Part shown: positions 39,779 to 49,173 of the stretch, one piece after another | How positions within the stretch are numbered: position 1 is the first letter of the stretch | How the letters are laid out: each line of letters starts with the position of its first letter | Source of the DNA: a virus | IMG/VR virus record: IMGVR_UViG_3300021378_001718 | Span: 7,047-71,046 of that record | Reading direction: 5' to 3' (one strand) | Length of the DNA stretch: 64,000 bases | Made by a program: the position numbers and the translations under genes | The notes under the pieces: generated by a model | The model's input: the letters and a program-made list of their open reading frames with translations, nothing else | Told to the model about the DNA's origin: nothing | The model's database searches: none

Positions 39779-40753
39779 ATGAATAAAATAGAACATATTG
39801 ACTTTACAAAAATGGATGTGAGTGACTATGTGGAATCATTAGAACATACATCTTTTACTTCCAGAGAACTCTACAATGCTTGTCAGTTATTCAAACAAAT
39901 GAATGAAGACGAGAACTGCACAATCATTCTAACGATTGCTGGCTCAACGCAAGCCGCTGGTTGTCTTCAACTATATAGAGACTTAGTAAAACTTAATATG
40001 GTAGACATAATAGTTGCTACTGGAGCAAGTATTATCGACATGGATTTGTATGAGGCATTAGGATATCATCACTATAAAGGAACAACTAAAGTCGATGATG
40101 ATGAACTCAGACAGAAAGGTATTGACAGAATCTATGATACTTATATACATGAAGAAGATTTAAAGAAAGTCGATCAATATGTTTGTGATATTGCAACTCA
40201 ATATAGTGAAGGAAGTATAATGAGTTCCAGAGAGTTTCTACATCTTTTAGGAAAACATACTCCAAACAGTTTAGTTAATGAATGTTATGAAGCAGGCGTA
40301 CCCATCTTCTGCCCTGCTTTGAATGATAGTGCCGCAGGATTCGGATTGCTCAAACATAGAATAGAAGAAGAATACTATTGCATTATCGATAGTATAGCAG
40401 ACCTCAAAGAATTAACTGAATTAAAAATCAAAGCAAAAGATACAGGATTGTTTATGGTCGGAGGCGGAGTACCAAAAAACTTTGCACAAGATATTGTAGT
40501 CGCGGCCGAAATGTTAGGAACCGAGGTACCACTGCATAAATACGCGGTTCAAATTACAGTAGCCGATGTGAGAGACGGAGCATGTTCAAGTAGCACATTA
40601 GATGAAGCATGTAGTTGGGGCAAAGTAAGTAATCAACAGACTCAAATGGTGTACGCAGAAGCAAGTCATATCTTACCGATCATAGCAAATTATGTTTATG
40701 TAAATTCATTACCAAGACCAGCACAGAAATTAAATGAACTTATTGGGAGTTGA
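39779..40753 (+). CDS. Deoxyhypusine-synthase-like protein (probable homospermidine-pathway enzyme)
   Basis: IDRIYD, PAL.DS, GGGVPKNF, DGACSS, EACSWGKV with catalytic Lys. Confidence 0.92.
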   Translation: MNKIEHIDFTKMDVSDYVESLEHTSFTSRELYNACQLFKQMNEDENCTIILTIAGSTQAAGCLQLYRDLVKLNMVDIIVATGASIIDMDLYEALGYHHYKGTTKVDDDELRQKGIDRIYDTYIHEEDLKKVDQYVCDIATQYSEGSIMSSREFLHLLGKHTPNSLVNECYEAGVPIFCPALNDSAAGFGLLKHRIEEEYYCIIDSIADLKELTELKIKAKDTGLFMVGGGVPKNFAQDIVVAAEMLGTEVPLHKYAVQITVADVRDGACSSSTLDEACSWGKVSNQQTQMVYAEASHILPIIANYVYVNSLPRPAQKLNELIGS

Positions 40754-41516
40754 AGAATATAGTTACGAGGATTGCAATGTTCTCGTAGTACCTTATGGCA
40801 AAGCAGATGGTTGTTCATGGGGAGCAGAAACTAAAGAAGGACCTACAGCCATAATACGTGCAAGTCAAGAGGTAGAATTACATCCGTGGCCAGATAATAT
40901 AAAAATACATACAATGGATCATTCATTGATATATCGTAATGTAGATGTGTATAGTGGTGTAATCGAACAAGCAAAGAAAGATAACAAGTTTGTATTCACG
41001 TTAGGAGGAGACCATAGTTTAACTTCTCATGCATTCAAACATTATGATTGTGATATCGTACAGTTTGATGCTCATTGTGATCTACGAGATAGTTATGATA
41101 ATAATCCTCAAAGTCATGCATGTGCAATGCGTAGATGTATGGACTTAAATGAAGATACAGAACTATATAGTTTTGGTATACGCAACATGAGTAAGAGTGA
41201 AGATGAATACATTCAACAAAATAAACATAGGATATTTAGAAACACACTGCCAAAGGGTAAAGAATTATATCTAACGTTTGATGTCGATGCATTTGATGTA
41301 TCGATTATGCCTGCAACAGGTACTCCAGAACCGGGAGGCTTGTTATGGGACGAAACGATAGAATTAATTAAAACAATATGTTATCAAAATAAAATTGTAG
41401 CAGTAGATGTAGTAGAACATGCACCAATAGCAAATATACCGGCGTATGATTTTGTTACTGCTAAGTTATGCTATCATATTTTAATAGAGTCATTAAAAAA
41501 ACAACTAAAAAGGTAA
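40734..41516 (+). CDS. speB: Agmatinase/ureohydrolase
   Basis: GGDHS, DAHCD, SHA, DVDAFD, TGTPEPGG. Confidence 0.9.
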   Translation: MNLLGVEEYSYEDCNVLVVPYGKADGCSWGAETKEGPTAIIRASQEVELHPWPDNIKIHTMDHSLIYRNVDVYSGVIEQAKKDNKFVFTLGGDHSLTSHAFKHYDCDIVQFDAHCDLRDSYDNNPQSHACAMRRCMDLNEDTELYSFGIRNMSKSEDEYIQQNKHRIFRNTLPKGKELYLTFDVDAFDVSIMPATGTPEPGGLLWDETIELIKTICYQNKIVAVDVVEHAPIANIPAYDFVTAKLCYHILIESLKKQLKR

Positions 41517-41520
41517 AGTT

Positions 41521-41910
41521 ATGCAACCCACAATTCCTGAACATAAACATTTAATAGTTCGTGCAGAAATTCACAACCCACCAAAAGATCCTGATTGGGT
41601 CAAAGAGTGGTTAACATCGTTAGTAGATAAGATCGGTATGAAAATATGCAGTGGCCCTCATACAGCATATGTAGATATTCCAGGCAACTCTGGAGTAACA
41701 GGGGTAGTAGTTATTGAGACAAGTCATATTGCAATTCATGTATGGGACGAAGCCGACCCTGCACTTTTACAATTAGATGTATACACCTGTGGTCCTTTTG
41801 ATATGGACATTATCTTTGATGATATACAACAGTTTAATCCAACAAAAGTAGAATGGAAATATTTAGATAGAGAGCATGGTCTAAATGAAGTGAGCAAATC
41901 TGTCCATTAG
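41521..41910 (+). CDS. speD: Pyruvoyl-dependent decarboxylase proenzyme (SpeD/AdoMetDC class 1b fold)
   Basis: HLIV, GVTGVVVIETSHIAIHVW, DVYTCG. Confidence 0.88.
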   Translation: MQPTIPEHKHLIVRAEIHNPPKDPDWVKEWLTSLVDKIGMKICSGPHTAYVDIPGNSGVTGVVVIETSHIAIHVWDEADPALLQLDVYTCGPFDMDIIFDDIQQFNPTKVEWKYLDREHGLNEVSKSVH

Positions 41911-41994
41911 ACTTGACAACACCGGCTCTTTATAGTAAACTACTATCAAATTGTAAGGGGTCTAAATACAGTACATTCTTGCAAGGAGACTATT

Positions 41995-42627
41995 ATGAAA
42001 AAGAACCTTATTAAGGTCTGTGTTTTAGTACTAATGGTGTTTAGTGTATCTCAATTGCTTAAACAACCAACTGAGACACATATACAACAGAAGGTAGTAA
42101 TCGTAGAGGTTCCAGTATTTGAAATAGGTTCTTATGAACTTGAACAAATTTTAAAGGAAAGTGAAGGACTCGAACCATTAATCAAAGAAGACATGACTCC
42201 ACATGTCATTGTTGTAGACAACTCTGATATGATATATGAAGATATAGATGTGTTTTGTCTAGCAAAGAATATTTTCCATGAAGCGGGTATAGAGTCTGAT
42301 ATCGGTAAATATGCTGTAGCCCAAGTGACTCTTAATCGTGTAGCAAGTCGCAAATACCCCAATTCTGTCTGCAAAGTAGTTCTACAAAGATATCAATTCT
42401 CGTGGGCAAATAAAAGATCCATGCACTGGACACACCCAAAAGGACCTAATTGGAACAGATCATATGAGATTGCCCAGCAAGTTATGGGCGAAGGATATCG
42501 TGTAAAAGGACTAGAAAACTCCAAATATTATCATGCAGACTACATAAAACCCCATTGGTCACGTAAAATGACGCATGTTTCTACCATAGGAAGGCATATT
42601 TTTTACACAAATGATGCAATCTATTGA
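41995..42627 (+). CDS. Cell-wall hydrolase (SleB-like)
   Basis: CLAKNIFHEA, VAQVTLNRV, QFSW, YHADY..P.W, HIFY; N-terminal anchor. Confidence 0.9.
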   Translation: MKKNLIKVCVLVLMVFSVSQLLKQPTETHIQQKVVIVEVPVFEIGSYELEQILKESEGLEPLIKEDMTPHVIVVDNSDMIYEDIDVFCLAKNIFHEAGIESDIGKYAVAQVTLNRVASRKYPNSVCKVVLQRYQFSWANKRSMHWTHPKGPNWNRSYEIAQQVMGEGYRVKGLENSKYYHADYIKPHWSRKMTHVSTIGRHIFYTNDAIY

Positions 42628-42667
42628 TTTATAAGACAATTTAATTTCACTTTTTTTCAAAAAAGGC

Positions 42668-42696
42668 TTGACATTGGGTACCCAATCCAGTATAAT
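42668..42696 (+). promoter_or_regulatory. Early promoter with palindromic spacer
   Basis: TTGACA-N17-TATAAT; ATTGGGTACCCAAT at 42673-42686. Confidence 0.85.
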
Positions 42697-42730
42697 ATAC
42701 TATATTAAACGATAAAGGAAAGGGAAATAT

Positions 42731-42964
42731 ATGCAAATCAATACTCAACTAGCAAAAGCATTCAACCGAGCAGTTACTACTGCTGAAAACATCAATAATG
42801 ATGGTTCTATCAATTGGAACTTTGTTGATGCTGATTGTTACATGGACCTAGCAGATATCAATTCTGATCTCCCTGCTAACATTGATTACATTGAGCAATT
42901 TGACTATTTGGCTGATTGCTACACTGGCAAGGTTACTCTTGCTGATCGTCTCGTAACTGCATAA
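42731..42964 (+). CDS. Early hypothetical protein
   Basis: 77 aa; INWNFVDAD motif; strong SD. Confidence 0.7.
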   Translation: MQINTQLAKAFNRAVTTAENINNDGSINWNFVDADCYMDLADINSDLPANIDYIEQFDYLADCYTGKVTLADRLVTA

Positions 42965-42974
42965 GGAATAATTC

Positions 42975-43238
42975 ATGGGATTTTATACTCATACTCAGGA
43001 CCCTATTGGTGTTTTTGTTGAGAAAGATTGTGGTAACTTTTTTGAATGGTCACTCAATGATGATCCATTCTTTAAAGAAGAAGATTTCCCCCATAAGATT
43101 TGGGTAGGAGACACAATCGGATCTCCATATCGATATGGTATAGTCAAAAAGACTGTTGCGTATGTCTGTGTAGATGAAGATGAATTCGGTCTTCCAGTAC
43201 TCGAAAAATGGCACCTAAAAAAATGTCAAAAATATTGA
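42975..43238 (+). CDS. Early hypothetical protein
   Basis: 87 aa; VKKTVAYV..DED motif. Confidence 0.7.
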   Translation: MGFYTHTQDPIGVFVEKDCGNFFEWSLNDDPFFKEEDFPHKIWVGDTIGSPYRYGIVKKTVAYVCVDEDEFGLPVLEKWHLKKCQKY

Positions 43239-43246
43239 AAAAAGGC

Positions 43247-43275
43247 TTGACAATGGGTACCCATTTTGCTATAAT
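43247..43275 (+). promoter_or_regulatory. Early promoter with palindromic spacer
   Basis: TTGACA-N17-TATAAT; AATGGGTACCCATT at 43252-43265. Confidence 0.85.
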
Positions 43276-43306
43276 AGTTGTATAAATTAAATCAAAGGAG
43301 AAGTTT

Positions 43307-43582
43307 ATGTCTATAACAAGTAATCGTCAGTTGGATGATATCAAAGCATCAATTAGCAAAGGTCATTTTGATCTTCAGCAATTGAATGAGTTGCGTTCTT
43401 TCATCGTTTCAGTATCCGTAAGCAATGCTAAACGTTCTATCTCAGTAGGAGATAATGTTTGGATTGTTCAAAAGACTAAACGTGAGCAAGGCGTTGTTGT
43501 TAAAGTCAACATCAAAAAGGCTGTAGTCGAAATGAGAGGCGGACGTTACAATGTTCCCCTATCAATGCTGGAGTTAGTGTAA
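43307..43582 (+). CDS. Early protein with SH3/KOW-like C-terminal barrel
   Basis: SVGDNV...G.VVKVN.KKAVV...YNVP..ML. Confidence 0.65.
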   Translation: MSITSNRQLDDIKASISKGHFDLQQLNELRSFIVSVSVSNAKRSISVGDNVWIVQKTKREQGVVVKVNIKKAVVEMRGGRYNVPLSMLELV

Positions 43583-43755
43583 TGCAGGCAACACATAGTT
43601 ATAGTAATGAAGTCTACGAATGGTGGACTATCGCAAACATCGATGGTTACCCTCAAAGGGTATACTGCATGGCAACCAATGCATATGAGGCTAGTAATAT
43701 CTTCAGATCATTGTACGGTAGCCAATTGGTAAACGAATACGCCTCAAGGGTGTAA
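43582..43755 (+). CDS. 57-aa hypothetical protein
   Basis: MQATHSYSNEVYEWWT...; TAATG coupling. Confidence 0.6.
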   Translation: MQATHSYSNEVYEWWTIANIDGYPQRVYCMATNAYEASNIFRSLYGSQLVNEYASRV

Positions 43756-43848
43756 CAGAATTTGTGGCAATAATGCCACAAAGGTATGCAATGGGAGTTG
43801 CATGTATTTTAATGAGTTAAACTTAGTTTATATTTTAGGAGAAACATT

Positions 43849-44202
43849 ATGACAACTCAAACTTTTTCGGTAGTTGGTATTACTGAACACAACGGTAATT
43901 CAAAAGTCCGATTCACAGATGACATGGTTAGGCGTGTCAAGCAATTCAGCAAGGGCGGTGCAACTCGTTGCGAGTTTATCTCTCTACCTGAATCAATGAC
44001 TAAACTAGATGCACTAGAATTCATGCTTACGCATGACATGTTCTCGTCACCTGAAGATCAAGCAACGATCTCAGATGCGATTGCAGATCGTTCTAAGACA
44101 TCTGGTAAAGTAAAAGTGACCATGTCACTTGATGCTATCCGTGAACGCGGTAAGCAAGATGCTGATACATTAGAATCAGTGTTGAATGCTGTAGTTAGTT
44201 AA
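43849..44202 (+). CDS. Hypothetical protein, probably highly expressed
   Basis: 117 aa; SD taggag; structured leader. Confidence 0.7.
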   Translation: MTTQTFSVVGITEHNGNSKVRFTDDMVRRVKQFSKGGATRCEFISLPESMTKLDALEFMLTHDMFSSPEDQATISDAIADRSKTSGKVKVTMSLDAIRERGKQDADTLESVLNAVVS

Positions 44203-44215
44203 TAACAACAGCCAC

Positions 44216-44242
44216 AAAAAAAGGGCTTTCGGGCCCTTTTTT
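44216..44242. terminator. Bidirectional intrinsic terminator
   Basis: aaaaaaagggct-ttcg-ggccctttttt between convergent genes. Confidence 0.9.
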
Positions 44243-44254
44243 ATTGGGTAAGAT

Positions 44255-45061
44255 TTATGTTGTTGGTGCGGCGTTTTTGTATGGGTGACTTACTGGTAAG
44301 TTACCTTGTAGTCCCCATTTCCATGCTAAGTAACCTTCTGCTTTTTCTACATTAGAGACATCAGTACCACCTGTACCTGTAGGTCCTGCTACCCAAAAGA
44401 ATTCAGCGGCTTTACCTTGCAATTCAACAGAGGCTCTGTTACGCATTAATCTAAAGTCTGCTGTAGAACTCATAGAGGTGCTGTATGGATCACCGGCTGA
44501 TGCAACTGCCCCGTTTATTCTACCAAAGATTTCATTACCTGTTTTATTAAAGGTTGTAGAAACTATAGCCCAAGTGTTTATTGAAATTGGTACTGTAAAG
44601 TCTTGTTTTGCTTTTCCTGTTGAAATCGAATTCGATCCATCATAATCAATTTCACCTGGCCAACTGCTACTAGCATTACTACTGCTGAGTGCATATGTTC
44701 TGGTTGCATCAGCACTCCAAAAACTATCTCTTGTACTAGTGGTCACGTTAAACTGAAAAATGCCTGCGGCATAATGATTTCCACTACTTGCATAAGGACC
44801 GGTTCCAGTACTAATAATACTTTCATTACCGTCAAAAGTTCCTGTAGTCAAGCCGTTTAGTGTTGTAAGAACACTTGGCGTACCGTTAACTGTTAGAGTA
44901 AAGTTACCTGCTTTATCTGTTAGAGCAGTGATGTTGCTCCCTGCTAGAGTGTATGAGGATGAATCACTGAAGTCAACCCAAACATCAGGGTTAAGATTTT
45001 CTGCGGTTAATAAATCAGCACTATGCCACGCCATTTGCGCCATCATCATTGCGCCAGCCAT
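44255..45061 (-). CDS. Tail-fibre-associated LamG/lectin-like protein
   Basis: Beta-rich; WVDFSD start, C-terminal EGYLAWKWGL..NLP..HPY. Confidence 0.6.
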   Translation of the reverse strand: MAGAMMMAQMAWHSADLLTAENLNPDVWVDFSDSSSYTLAGSNITALTDKAGNFTLTVNGTPSVLTTLNGLTTGTFDGNESIISTGTGPYASSGNHYAAGIFQFNVTTSTRDSFWSADATRTYALSSSNASSSWPGEIDYDGSNSISTGKAKQDFTVPISINTWAIVSTTFNKTGNEIFGRINGAVASAGDPYSTSMSSTADFRLMRNRASVELQGKAAEFFWVAGPTGTGGTDVSNVEKAEGYLAWKWGLQGNLPVSHPYKNAAPTT

Positions 45062-47257
45062 TTAACTTACTCCAGTGCCGCTAATAAACCATGTATCAGT
45101 GTCAACTTTCATTAATGTTGCTACTCCATATGTTGAAATCACTCTGTTACCTGCAGTTGAATTACCTGCATGATAAAGAGTTACACCAGAGATAGCATTA
45201 ACTAGAATGTTACCTGCGGCTTGTTCGACAATACTGATTGCTGTTCCTGTTGGGAATGCAACAGTTGCGTTTGTAGGAATCGATAATGTGATATTTCCTG
45301 CTGTTGTTGATCTGAAATGTTTACCTGAATCTTCAAGTGCGATTGTATCATTTGTTGATAATACGACAGGGGGAATTTCTTTATAACCTAATGCAAATCC
45401 GTTTGTATTTGCGTTAATGTTTCCACCTGAAATGTTTCCTGTTACGTCTAATGATGATAAAGTACCAACACTACCGATGTTTGGTTGTGCTGAATTAATT
45501 ACTTCTTGTGCAAGAGTTGCTGTACCAATTGTACCACTAATGTTGGCTGCCGCTATATTTGATATGCCTCCGCCATCACCAGTAATAACACCTGAGCCTG
45601 TAACTCCAAGTGCACCATTAACTGTTAAACTTGTTAACGTGCCTGTTGACGTAATGTTTGGCTGTGCGGCAGTCGAAACTGTTCCTGATGTAGTTGCGAG
45701 TGGAACTGTTCCACTTACATTAGCACCAGCAACTGCGTTTGCTGTTGCGGCGAATGACACTTCTCCAGTTACGTTAGCACCTGCTAGTCCAGATAAACCA
45801 GAACCAACACCTGTTATAACACCAGTTGTTGTAATTGTATTTGAGCCAAATGCATTTAATAAAGTAACAACGTTTGAATCACCGTATGAACCACCACCTG
45901 GTGCCGCGGCGAATACACCGTTACCATATAAGACATTAGCGGCTGCGCCGTCAATGTTAATAGTAGAAATGTTACCTAATGTTGGTGTACCTGATACGTT
46001 TGCATAAGCAACTGCGTTAGCAGTAGCGGCGAATGTTACTTCTCCAGTTACGTTAGCACCTGCGACTGCATTAGCAGTACCTGCAAAAGTTACTGCACCA
46101 GTTACATTTGCTCCTGCGATTGCTGATAAGCCAGATCCGTCACCTGCAATTACGCCTGTATTTGCAGTTATTCCGACAGCAGTGATTGTTCCATTAACGT
46201 TTAATCCTGTTAAAGTGCCTGTTGATGTGATGTTTGGTTGAGCGGCAGTCGTTACAGTTTGTGCTGTTGTTGCCGATACAGGAGCAAATGCTCCGTTACC
46301 ATATAGTACATTTCCTGCGGCTCCGTCGATATTAATAGATGCGATATTACCTGCACCACTTACGTTTGCAAGTGTGACTGAATTTGCAACTGCGGCGAAG
46401 CCAACTTCACCAGATACATTTGCACCAGCAACTGCATTAGCAGTACCTGCAAATGTTGCTAAGTTTATTGTACCAGAAATATTTGCGGCTACGACATTAG
46501 ATATGCCTCCACCGTCACCAGTGATTAAACCAGTTGTTGTAATTGTGTTTGATCCGAATGCATTTAATAGAGTAACAACATTACTGTCACCATATGCAGT
46601 ATCTGAGTCTGCGGCAAATGTACCGTCTCCTCTAAGAACATTAGAGACATTGCCATCTAAGTTAAGAGGGGAAACATTACCTAATGTAGGAGTGCCTGTG
46701 ACATTTGCATATACAACATTAGATATTCCACCTGCATCGCCTGTGATAATACCTGTTGCATTTAGTGTTCCTGCTACGTTAGCACCAGTTGTTGTTACGA
46801 TCAATACGTCTGCTGTGCCACCAACTCCTACAGTTACGTTTCCATCTGTTGTGGGGATATCAACATTAGATGTTCCGTCTGTAATTTTAGTTGCTGTACC
46901 AGCAGGTAAATTTGTTAAGTTTGCTCCGTCGCCTGAGAAGTATGCGGCTACAACTGCTGTAGTTGCGTTTACGTTGCCTGCATCTAAGTTTCCTGTGACG
47001 TTTGCACTTGTTAGATTTCCTACAGATGTGATGTTTGGTTGAGCGGCAGTCGTTACTGTTCCCGCTGTCAGAGCAATGTTGGCTGGTTTGAAGTTGCTTC
47101 CACCTGCACCGTCAAGTATCAAATTACCCATTAATTGGACTGTTGATTTCTTGGTCTCTGCTGTACCATTCATGTCTACAACGGCTAATAAGTCGTTATA
47201 TGTCATGTTTGCACTTGTTATGTCTGATAGTGCTGTAATTTTAATGTTTGTTGCCAT
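45062..47257 (-). CDS. Tail fibre protein
   Basis: 731 aa; AAQPNITS and ANAVAGANV repeats; YGDSNVVTLLNAFGSNTITTTG twice; C-terminal IP..A.VAFP.GT domain. Confidence 0.75.
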   Translation of the reverse strand: MATNIKITALSDITSANMTYNDLLAVVDMNGTAETKKSTVQLMGNLILDGAGGSNFKPANIALTAGTVTTAAQPNITSVGNLTSANVTGNLDAGNVNATTAVVAAYFSGDGANLTNLPAGTATKITDGTSNVDIPTTDGNVTVGVGGTADVLIVTTTGANVAGTLNATGIITGDAGGISNVVYANVTGTPTLGNVSPLNLDGNVSNVLRGDGTFAADSDTAYGDSNVVTLLNAFGSNTITTTGLITGDGGGISNVVAANISGTINLATFAGTANAVAGANVSGEVGFAAVANSVTLANVSGAGNIASINIDGAAGNVLYGNGAFAPVSATTAQTVTTAAQPNITSTGTLTGLNVNGTITAVGITANTGVIAGDGSGLSAIAGANVTGAVTFAGTANAVAGANVTGEVTFAATANAVAYANVSGTPTLGNISTINIDGAAANVLYGNGVFAAAPGGGSYGDSNVVTLLNAFGSNTITTTGVITGVGSGLSGLAGANVTGEVSFAATANAVAGANVSGTVPLATTSGTVSTAAQPNITSTGTLTSLTVNGALGVTGSGVITGDGGGISNIAAANISGTIGTATLAQEVINSAQPNIGSVGTLSSLDVTGNISGGNINANTNGFALGYKEIPPVVLSTNDTIALEDSGKHFRSTTAGNITLSIPTNATVAFPTGTAISIVEQAAGNILVNAISGVTLYHAGNSTAGNRVISTYGVATLMKVDTDTWFISGTGVS

Positions 47258-47298
47258 GTTCTATTATCCCCTAATAGTAGTATTTATCTTTTACCGAG

Positions 47299-48222
47299 TT
47301 AAACAGCACTGTCATCACTGACATATGACCAACGTGTATTTGTCGTATCATAATATGCCATCTTGCCACCAGGTGTACTATCACTAATAGCAATTAATTG
47401 TCCAACTACCCCTGTTCCGGGCTTAGTTGCAACTGTATAAACAGGTACTTTGTTAAACTCTACATCAATGTCGCCAATAGATGTAATTGGACCACCAGTT
47501 ACTGTTAAAGTATCACTAGTAAGACCTACACTTTGTACTGTACCTTCTGCTAAATTTGTTGAACTTACTGTAACGTTTCCGTTTGCACCACTTACTGCTA
47601 TACCTGATCCAGCATTTAGTCTTGTTACACCAGTGTTAGTAACTGTAATGTTACCTGTTGTAGTGATCGGACCACCTGATACTGATATACCTGTGCTTGG
47701 ATTTAGTCCAACACTAGTAACTGTACCACCTGCTGTTCCATTTGCAATAGCAGTAACTCTACCAAATGCGTCAACTGTCACGTTTGCTTGTGCATAGGAG
47801 CCGGCTGTAACGCCTGACGTTGCTAAGTCTAAAGCAATAGTTCCAGAAGACACTATAGGACTTCCTGAGACAGTTAAACGAGATGAGTCTGTTGAAACTG
47901 CTATACTTGTTACAGTACCACCAGCACCACCGCCTCCACCATTAGCAGAGATTGTTATGTTACCTGTAGTACCACTTAAAGTTACACCTGTGCCTGCTAT
48001 TAAACGAGCAACACCTGTATTTGTTATAGTAACAGTACCTGTAGTAGTATTAGCAGTAACACCGATAGCATCACCTGAACTAAACGTTGTAAAATTACTT
48101 GCGTTTGCAAATAACGTATCAAAGTTTACATTGGTTTTAGTAAATGCAGTGTATAGTGAATCACTACCAACTGATTCGTTTGGTAGTCCTACATTGATTG
48201 ATTGTTTTCCTGTTATAGCCAT
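47299..48222 (-). CDS. Tail/baseplate structural protein
   Basis: INVG..N...DSLYTAFTK.N.NF N-terminus typical of T4-like baseplate/fibre proteins; GTVTSV repeats. Confidence 0.65.
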   Translation of the reverse strand: MAITGKQSINVGLPNESVGSDSLYTAFTKTNVNFDTLFANASNFTTFSSGDAIGVTANTTTGTVTITNTGVARLIAGTGVTLSGTTGNITISANGGGGGAGGTVTSIAVSTDSSRLTVSGSPIVSSGTIALDLATSGVTAGSYAQANVTVDAFGRVTAIANGTAGGTVTSVGLNPSTGISVSGGPITTTGNITVTNTGVTRLNAGSGIAVSGANGNVTVSSTNLAEGTVQSVGLTSDTLTVTGGPITSIGDIDVEFNKVPVYTVATKPGTGVVGQLIAISDSTPGGKMAYYDTTNTRWSYVSDDSAV

Positions 48223-48266
48223 ACTTGTATAAGTTCCTTATATCTTGTATTTATCAATAAGGTTAA

Positions 48267-48590
48267 TTAGTATGGAGCGAATGAACTTCCGCAACCGCAT
48301 GTGGTTTGTGCCATTGGGTTGCTGATAGAAAAACGTGAGCCTTGAAGATCATCTTTGAAGTCTACAACTGCATTTTCTAAGTATTGCATAGATAAAGAAT
48401 CAACTAACACATTAGTATCTCCAGCTGGTATTTCAAAGTCATCATCGTTTTGTCCTTCTTCCATAGAAAAACCATATTGAAATCCAGAGCATCCTCCACC
48501 TGTAACATACATTCGTAGTGCAGTTTCCGGACTCTCGTCTTCTAATACTTCTTTAATTTTACTTTGTGCTGATTCTGTTATTTGTATCAT
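48267..48590 (-). CDS. erpA: A-type Fe-S carrier (ErpA/IscA)
   Basis: GGGCSGFQY, TTCGCGSSF. Confidence 0.9.
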   Translation of the reverse strand: MIQITESAQSKIKEVLEDESPETALRMYVTGGGCSGFQYGFSMEEGQNDDDFEIPAGDTNVLVDSLSMQYLENAVVDFKDDLQGSRFSISNPMAQTTCGCGSSFAPY

Positions 48591-49165
48591 TTTCTTACAG
48601 TGTGTCCCCAACGAGTGGAAATTACATTCCAGTTAATAATCTTCCATGTTTCTCTAAGATACTTTTTCTTATCTGACCCATAGTCTAAAATAAATGCATG
48701 TTCCCACCAGTCGATCAATAGTAATATATCATCTCTGACTTCGTGGTTTTCTATAGTTTTAACTTTACCGTCATTCGATAAGTATACCCAACCTGATCCT
48801 TCAATAGCCATTGCTTTGAATTCTACTTCTTTTTGAAAGACTTCGTATGTACCGAAATGCTTTTCAATGAATCCTTTCATGGGACCGTTTGGTTTATTAT
48901 TATCTCTAACTTTTCTAAATTGAGGAAAATAGATGTTATGTAAAAATGCACCTGCATAATTAAATTCAGGGTTGCCTTCGTTATGATTATATCTTTTAGC
49001 ATAACCTTTTGCTAACTTATCGTAATGTAAGTCTAGTGTATCTCTACTCATTACTGGCTTGACTTCTTTTGCATCAAAGTTAAGAGGGATAATTTCTATG
49101 TCTCTAGGTCTTTTTACTTTTGCTTCAGTAATAGGCTGTTGACGATACATTGTTTGAATACTCAT
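48587..49165 (-). CDS. Fe/Mn superoxide-dismutase-like protein
   Basis: LHY...Y, FLHNIYF, GSGW, DWWEHA. Confidence 0.85.
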   Translation of the reverse strand: MSIQTMYRQQPITEAKVKRPRDIEIIPLNFDAKEVKPVMSRDTLDLHYDKLAKGYAKRYNHNEGNPEFNYAGAFLHNIYFPQFRKVRDNNKPNGPMKGFIEKHFGTYEVFQKEVEFKAMAIEGSGWVYLSNDGKVKTIENHEVRDDILLLIDWWEHAFILDYGSDKKKYLRETWKIINWNVISTRWGHTVRK

Positions 49166-49173
49166 AATAGTAT

